DNA from: Bradymonadia bacterium
GTDB taxonomy: Bacteria > Myxococcota_A > Bradymonadia > REDH01
Direction of reading: 5' to 3'
DNA length: 54,779 nt
NCBI GenBank assembly: GCA_047610025.1
Contig: JBLFZA010000001.1
Location: forward strand, 1-54,779
Shown: piece after piece, positions 52,211 through 54,779 of the stretch
Numbering within the stretch: position 1 is the stretch's first letter
How the letters are laid out: each line of letters begins with the position of its first letter
Notes under the pieces: model-generated
What the model saw: the letters and a program-made list of their open reading frames with translations, nothing else
What the model was told of the DNA's origin: nothing
Databases searched by the model: none
Made by a program: the position numbers and the translations under genes

Positions 52211-54739
52211 TTAAGGTGCCGGCGCGTCCGCCGCGCGCAAAATTTCTACGATCCGGCGGCGTTGCGAGGCGGCGGCGATCTCGAGTGCGGTCTCGCCGGC
52301 AGCATTAACGATTGCCGGATTTGCGCCGGCTTGAAGCAGGGCTCGTACGTTCTCCGCGTGTGCCCACGCGGCCGCGTAGTGGAGCGCGGTGTTGCCGTCG
52401 TGATCCCGCCGATCGACCGCAGGCTGGTGCTGCAGAAGTAGCTGCACCAACTCGGCGCTCTCCCGCGAGGCGCTGAGGTGCAGCGGGCTCTGGCCGTGCT
52501 CGTCTTCGCTACTGACCCTCGCGCCTCGGCTTAGCAGGAGGGACGTCGCCGAAATGTGCCCCTTGCTCACCGCCAAGTGGAGCGGTGTTTGGCCAACGGA
52601 GTTGAGACGTTCGACCGCGAACCCGGCCGTTAGGAGAGCGCTGAGGATCTCGATGTCACCGCCATGCGCGGCGTGGTGGAGGCGGTTCGAGTCGTGGTTG
52701 ATCGCCCCTCGCGTGGCCTCCGCGGACCACAAAATCTCAAACGCGGCAGAGTGGCCAAAGTAGGCGGCGTAGTCGACCGGGCGGTAGCCGAAGCGATCAA
52801 GAACGTCGTCAGAAGTCGCGCTCTCTAACTGTCGCTCGAGGATCGTCGTATGGCCTCGCCGCGCGGCGCCGTGGAGTGCGGTCATCGTCCCTGCCCCGAA
52901 GTCATCCGGCGGCGCTCCCGCGTCCAGGAGCAGCGAGACCATCGGCAACGACGACTGGTCGGTCGCTCGGCGTAGTGGGTCGACGAGCTCGCTTGGAGTG
53001 GCCTCGCTGCGATCGTCCGCCACTGCGAGAATCGTCTCCGCGAGCGTGACATTGTCCAGACGAGCGCATCGTCCAATCGGCGTCTCGCCCGCCTGGTCGC
53101 GCAACCCGATGGCGCGGGGCGGGAGGAGTAACGCCGCCATCTCGGGATGTCGTTGGTGACAACTCCAATGGAGCGCGAGTGCCCCCCATTGATCGCGCGA
53201 GCCGAGGTCGACGCCGGATTCGAGCAGCCGCTGGGTCTCGTCTAAATCTCCGCGTCTCACTGCGTGATGAAGTGCTGGCAGCTCACTCGCACCGGCACCC
53301 TGCACGCTCGGCGCGCCAGCGAAGGCGCTCAGTGCCGCGAGGAGGGGGTCCTGACTATCTGGCCCGATGTCCAACATGAACGGCTCATAGCGCGCCAGCT
53401 CGGGCCGCGACGAGAGCTTCCAATACAAAATTCCTGCGAGCGCTACGCTGTGTTCGTGCACAGCCGAGTGCAGCGCGGAGTGCAGAGCTCGCACGGCGGC
53501 TGCCCGTTCGTCCTGGACGATCGGCTGCTTGGACCAAACGAGGATCGACGGGATTACGTCGTCCCAGATCGGGACGAACCCGGTCTGGCTCCAGGGAGCA
53601 GCGGTGGCTCCACTACGCTGCGTGTACCCAAGCTCGGTGAAGAGGACGGGCAGCGCGAGGTCCCTCTCGTCCGAAAACGAGGCGATCCCGTCGAATATCG
53701 CGGACCAGGCTTGGGTGAGAGACGCCTCATCGCGCGGTGAGCTTGGGGTCTCTCGCAGCGGGAAGTAGGCGTTGATGCCGATGAGATCGAGCACGTCCCA
53801 GAATGCGACCTCGTGGTAGCTGTCGAAATTGGCCGCGAACGTGACGTGTCCGCCGTACGCGTCGCGCACGTCTGCGATCAGTGCACGCCAATGTCGTTCG
53901 AGGCGTGCACGTCGCTCGTTCATGCGCTCGATCGGATTGGCGCGCCCGTGGAACGTATAGGCCCGAGCCCATGCCCGCTCGGCGCGATTCCGCTCGATGA
54001 GGAACTGCTCGACCGACGGGAAGTCGCTGGCGCCCAAGGCGGCGAGGTCCTCTGGACCAAAGAGGTGCCCGTTCCGGCTGACCAGGGCGCGGAGCTCTCC
54101 TTGTCGCGTGTCGTCGAGATAGTAGTCCGTCAGGTGTGGCGCTTGTTCGATGGGTAGGGTGGCGGCGAGCGCGTTCATCTCGCTGCCGATGCCAAGCACC
54201 CGAACCCCCTCCTGAGCGGCGATCTCAGCCCACTTGACGACGAATGCGGTGTACCTGTCGAACCAATCGATGACGTCCGCGTCGCTCTGCGGCCAGATCA
54301 GGCCATGCCAGAGAAACCGGTTTTCTGGATAGTCGTGGCTCAGCGCAACCCGCAGCACCAGCACCACTTCAAGCCCATGGCGATGCGCTGCTCGAATCTC
54401 GGCCCGGACCGCAGGCTCATCGTCTTCGAACCAAAGCTCGGACCCGTTCCACGCGCCCTGGTGCGCGTACACCGTAACTTGCACGGTGTTCATCTCCGCC
54501 TGCAGGAGCGCCGCGGCCCAACGGTCGTGATCGTCTTCGTTAAGCTGAATGCCACCGAGCAGAAAGGGCAGGGCGCGCGTCTGCGTCGCTGGCGTTTCCT
54601 GCGTCTCCGGAGGTTCCGCGGCTTCCACGGCTTCCGGGGCTTCCACGGCTTCCGGTAGGGGGGTGTCGTCCGGTGCCTGGCACGCCGCGAACACGACCAC
54701 CAAGAGTGACGTCAGCAGCAAGACGACAAGTGTGGGCAT
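52211..54739 (-). CDS. Lipoprotein with an N-terminal TIM-barrel glycoside-hydrolase-like domain and ~10 C-terminal ankyrin repeats
   Basis: Signal MPTLVVLLLTSLLVVVFAAC. PEAVEA x2 linker. GH clan-A-like blocks: GIGSEMN, INAYFPL, VLFTELGY. ANK repeats include G.TALHGAARRGH, NRLHHAAHGGDIEILSALL.AG, GQTPLHLAVSKGH...LLLSRGA, GQSPLHLSA, GNTALHYAAAWAHAENVRALLQAGANP. Confidence 0.88.
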   Translation of the reverse strand: MPTLVVLLLTSLLVVVFAACQAPDDTPLPEAVEAPEAVEAAEPPETQETPATQTRALPFLLGGIQLNEDDHDRWAAALLQAEMNTVQVTVYAHQGAWNGSELWFEDDEPAVRAEIRAAHRHGLEVVLVLRVALSHDYPENRFLWHGLIWPQSDADVIDWFDRYTAFVVKWAEIAAQEGVRVLGIGSEMNALAATLPIEQAPHLTDYYLDDTRQGELRALVSRNGHLFGPEDLAALGASDFPSVEQFLIERNRAERAWARAYTFHGRANPIERMNERRARLERHWRALIADVRDAYGGHVTFAANFDSYHEVAFWDVLDLIGINAYFPLRETPSSPRDEASLTQAWSAIFDGIASFSDERDLALPVLFTELGYTQRSGATAAPWSQTGFVPIWDDVIPSILVWSKQPIVQDERAAAVRALHSALHSAVHEHSVALAGILYWKLSSRPELARYEPFMLDIGPDSQDPLLAALSAFAGAPSVQGAGASELPALHHAVRRGDLDETQRLLESGVDLGSRDQWGALALHWSCHQRHPEMAALLLPPRAIGLRDQAGETPIGRCARLDNVTLAETILAVADDRSEATPSELVDPLRRATDQSSLPMVSLLLDAGAPPDDFGAGTMTALHGAARRGHTTILERQLESATSDDVLDRFGYRPVDYAAYFGHSAAFEILWSAEATRGAINHDSNRLHHAAHGGDIEILSALLTAGFAVERLNSVGQTPLHLAVSKGHISATSLLLSRGARVSSEDEHGQSPLHLSASRESAELVQLLLQHQPAVDRRDHDGNTALHYAAAWAHAENVRALLQAGANPAIVNAAGETALEIAAASQRRRIVEILRAADAPAP
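54620..54656 (-). repeat. 18-bp tandem duplication encoding PEAVEA-PEAVEA
   Basis: gcttccacggcttccggg (54621-54638) and gcttccacggcttccggt (54639-54656). Confidence 0.85.
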
Positions 54740-54779
54740 GGCCCTGCGGCGAGCTCCGTGGCGACGGTGGGGCTCGACG

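Overview
High-GC bacterial chromosomal window (roughly 60-65% GC by eye, with a lower-GC patch near 48-49.8 kb). I support about 38 protein-coding genes. I recognised no rRNA, tRNA, CRISPR array, transposase, integrase or phage genes. The likely source is Myxococcota: a MYXO-CTERM-type tail, many 'CGDG..E.CDDGN...DGC' cysteine-rich repeats, many lipobox lipoproteins with poly-acidic linkers, and a receiver-Ser/Thr-kinase fusion. Layout: (i) 1-3.4 kb, thioesterase plus a pair of ABC exporter genes. (ii) 3.6-8.5 kb, an orphan GspE/PilB-type ATPase with an N-terminal cNMP-binding domain, convergent with an ABC-2 permease::CPBP-protease fusion and its ATPase. (iii) 8.6-13.7 kb, a signalling cluster: histidine kinase, REC-Zn ribbon-Ser/Thr kinase, REC, and a membrane FGE/SUMF1-domain protein. 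(iv) 13.7-25.2 kb, mostly housekeeping or accessory genes (PilZ, RidA, RlmK-like methyltransferase, GlgB, GH57, ECF sigma, epimerase-SRPBCC). This block also holds a clear tandem segmental duplication of a secreted-protein gene, with decayed gene fragments at the junction. (v) 25.3-48.0 kb, the most unusual part: a MerR regulator followed by eight consecutive exported proteins. These include a 1711-aa protein with 16 tandem calcium-binding EGF domains, three FG-GAP beta-propeller proteins, a 1152-aa cysteine-rich lipoprotein, a TolB-like propeller and a 1316-aa trypsin-like protease ending in MYXO-CTERM. (vi) 48-54.8 kb: a VOC gene that looks frameshifted, an ArsR-SRPBCC cassette, a PHM/DBH-like copper monooxygenase lipoprotein and a glycoside-hydrolase-like::ankyrin-repeat lipoprotein. 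All domain calls come from motif recognition by eye; no database search was run.
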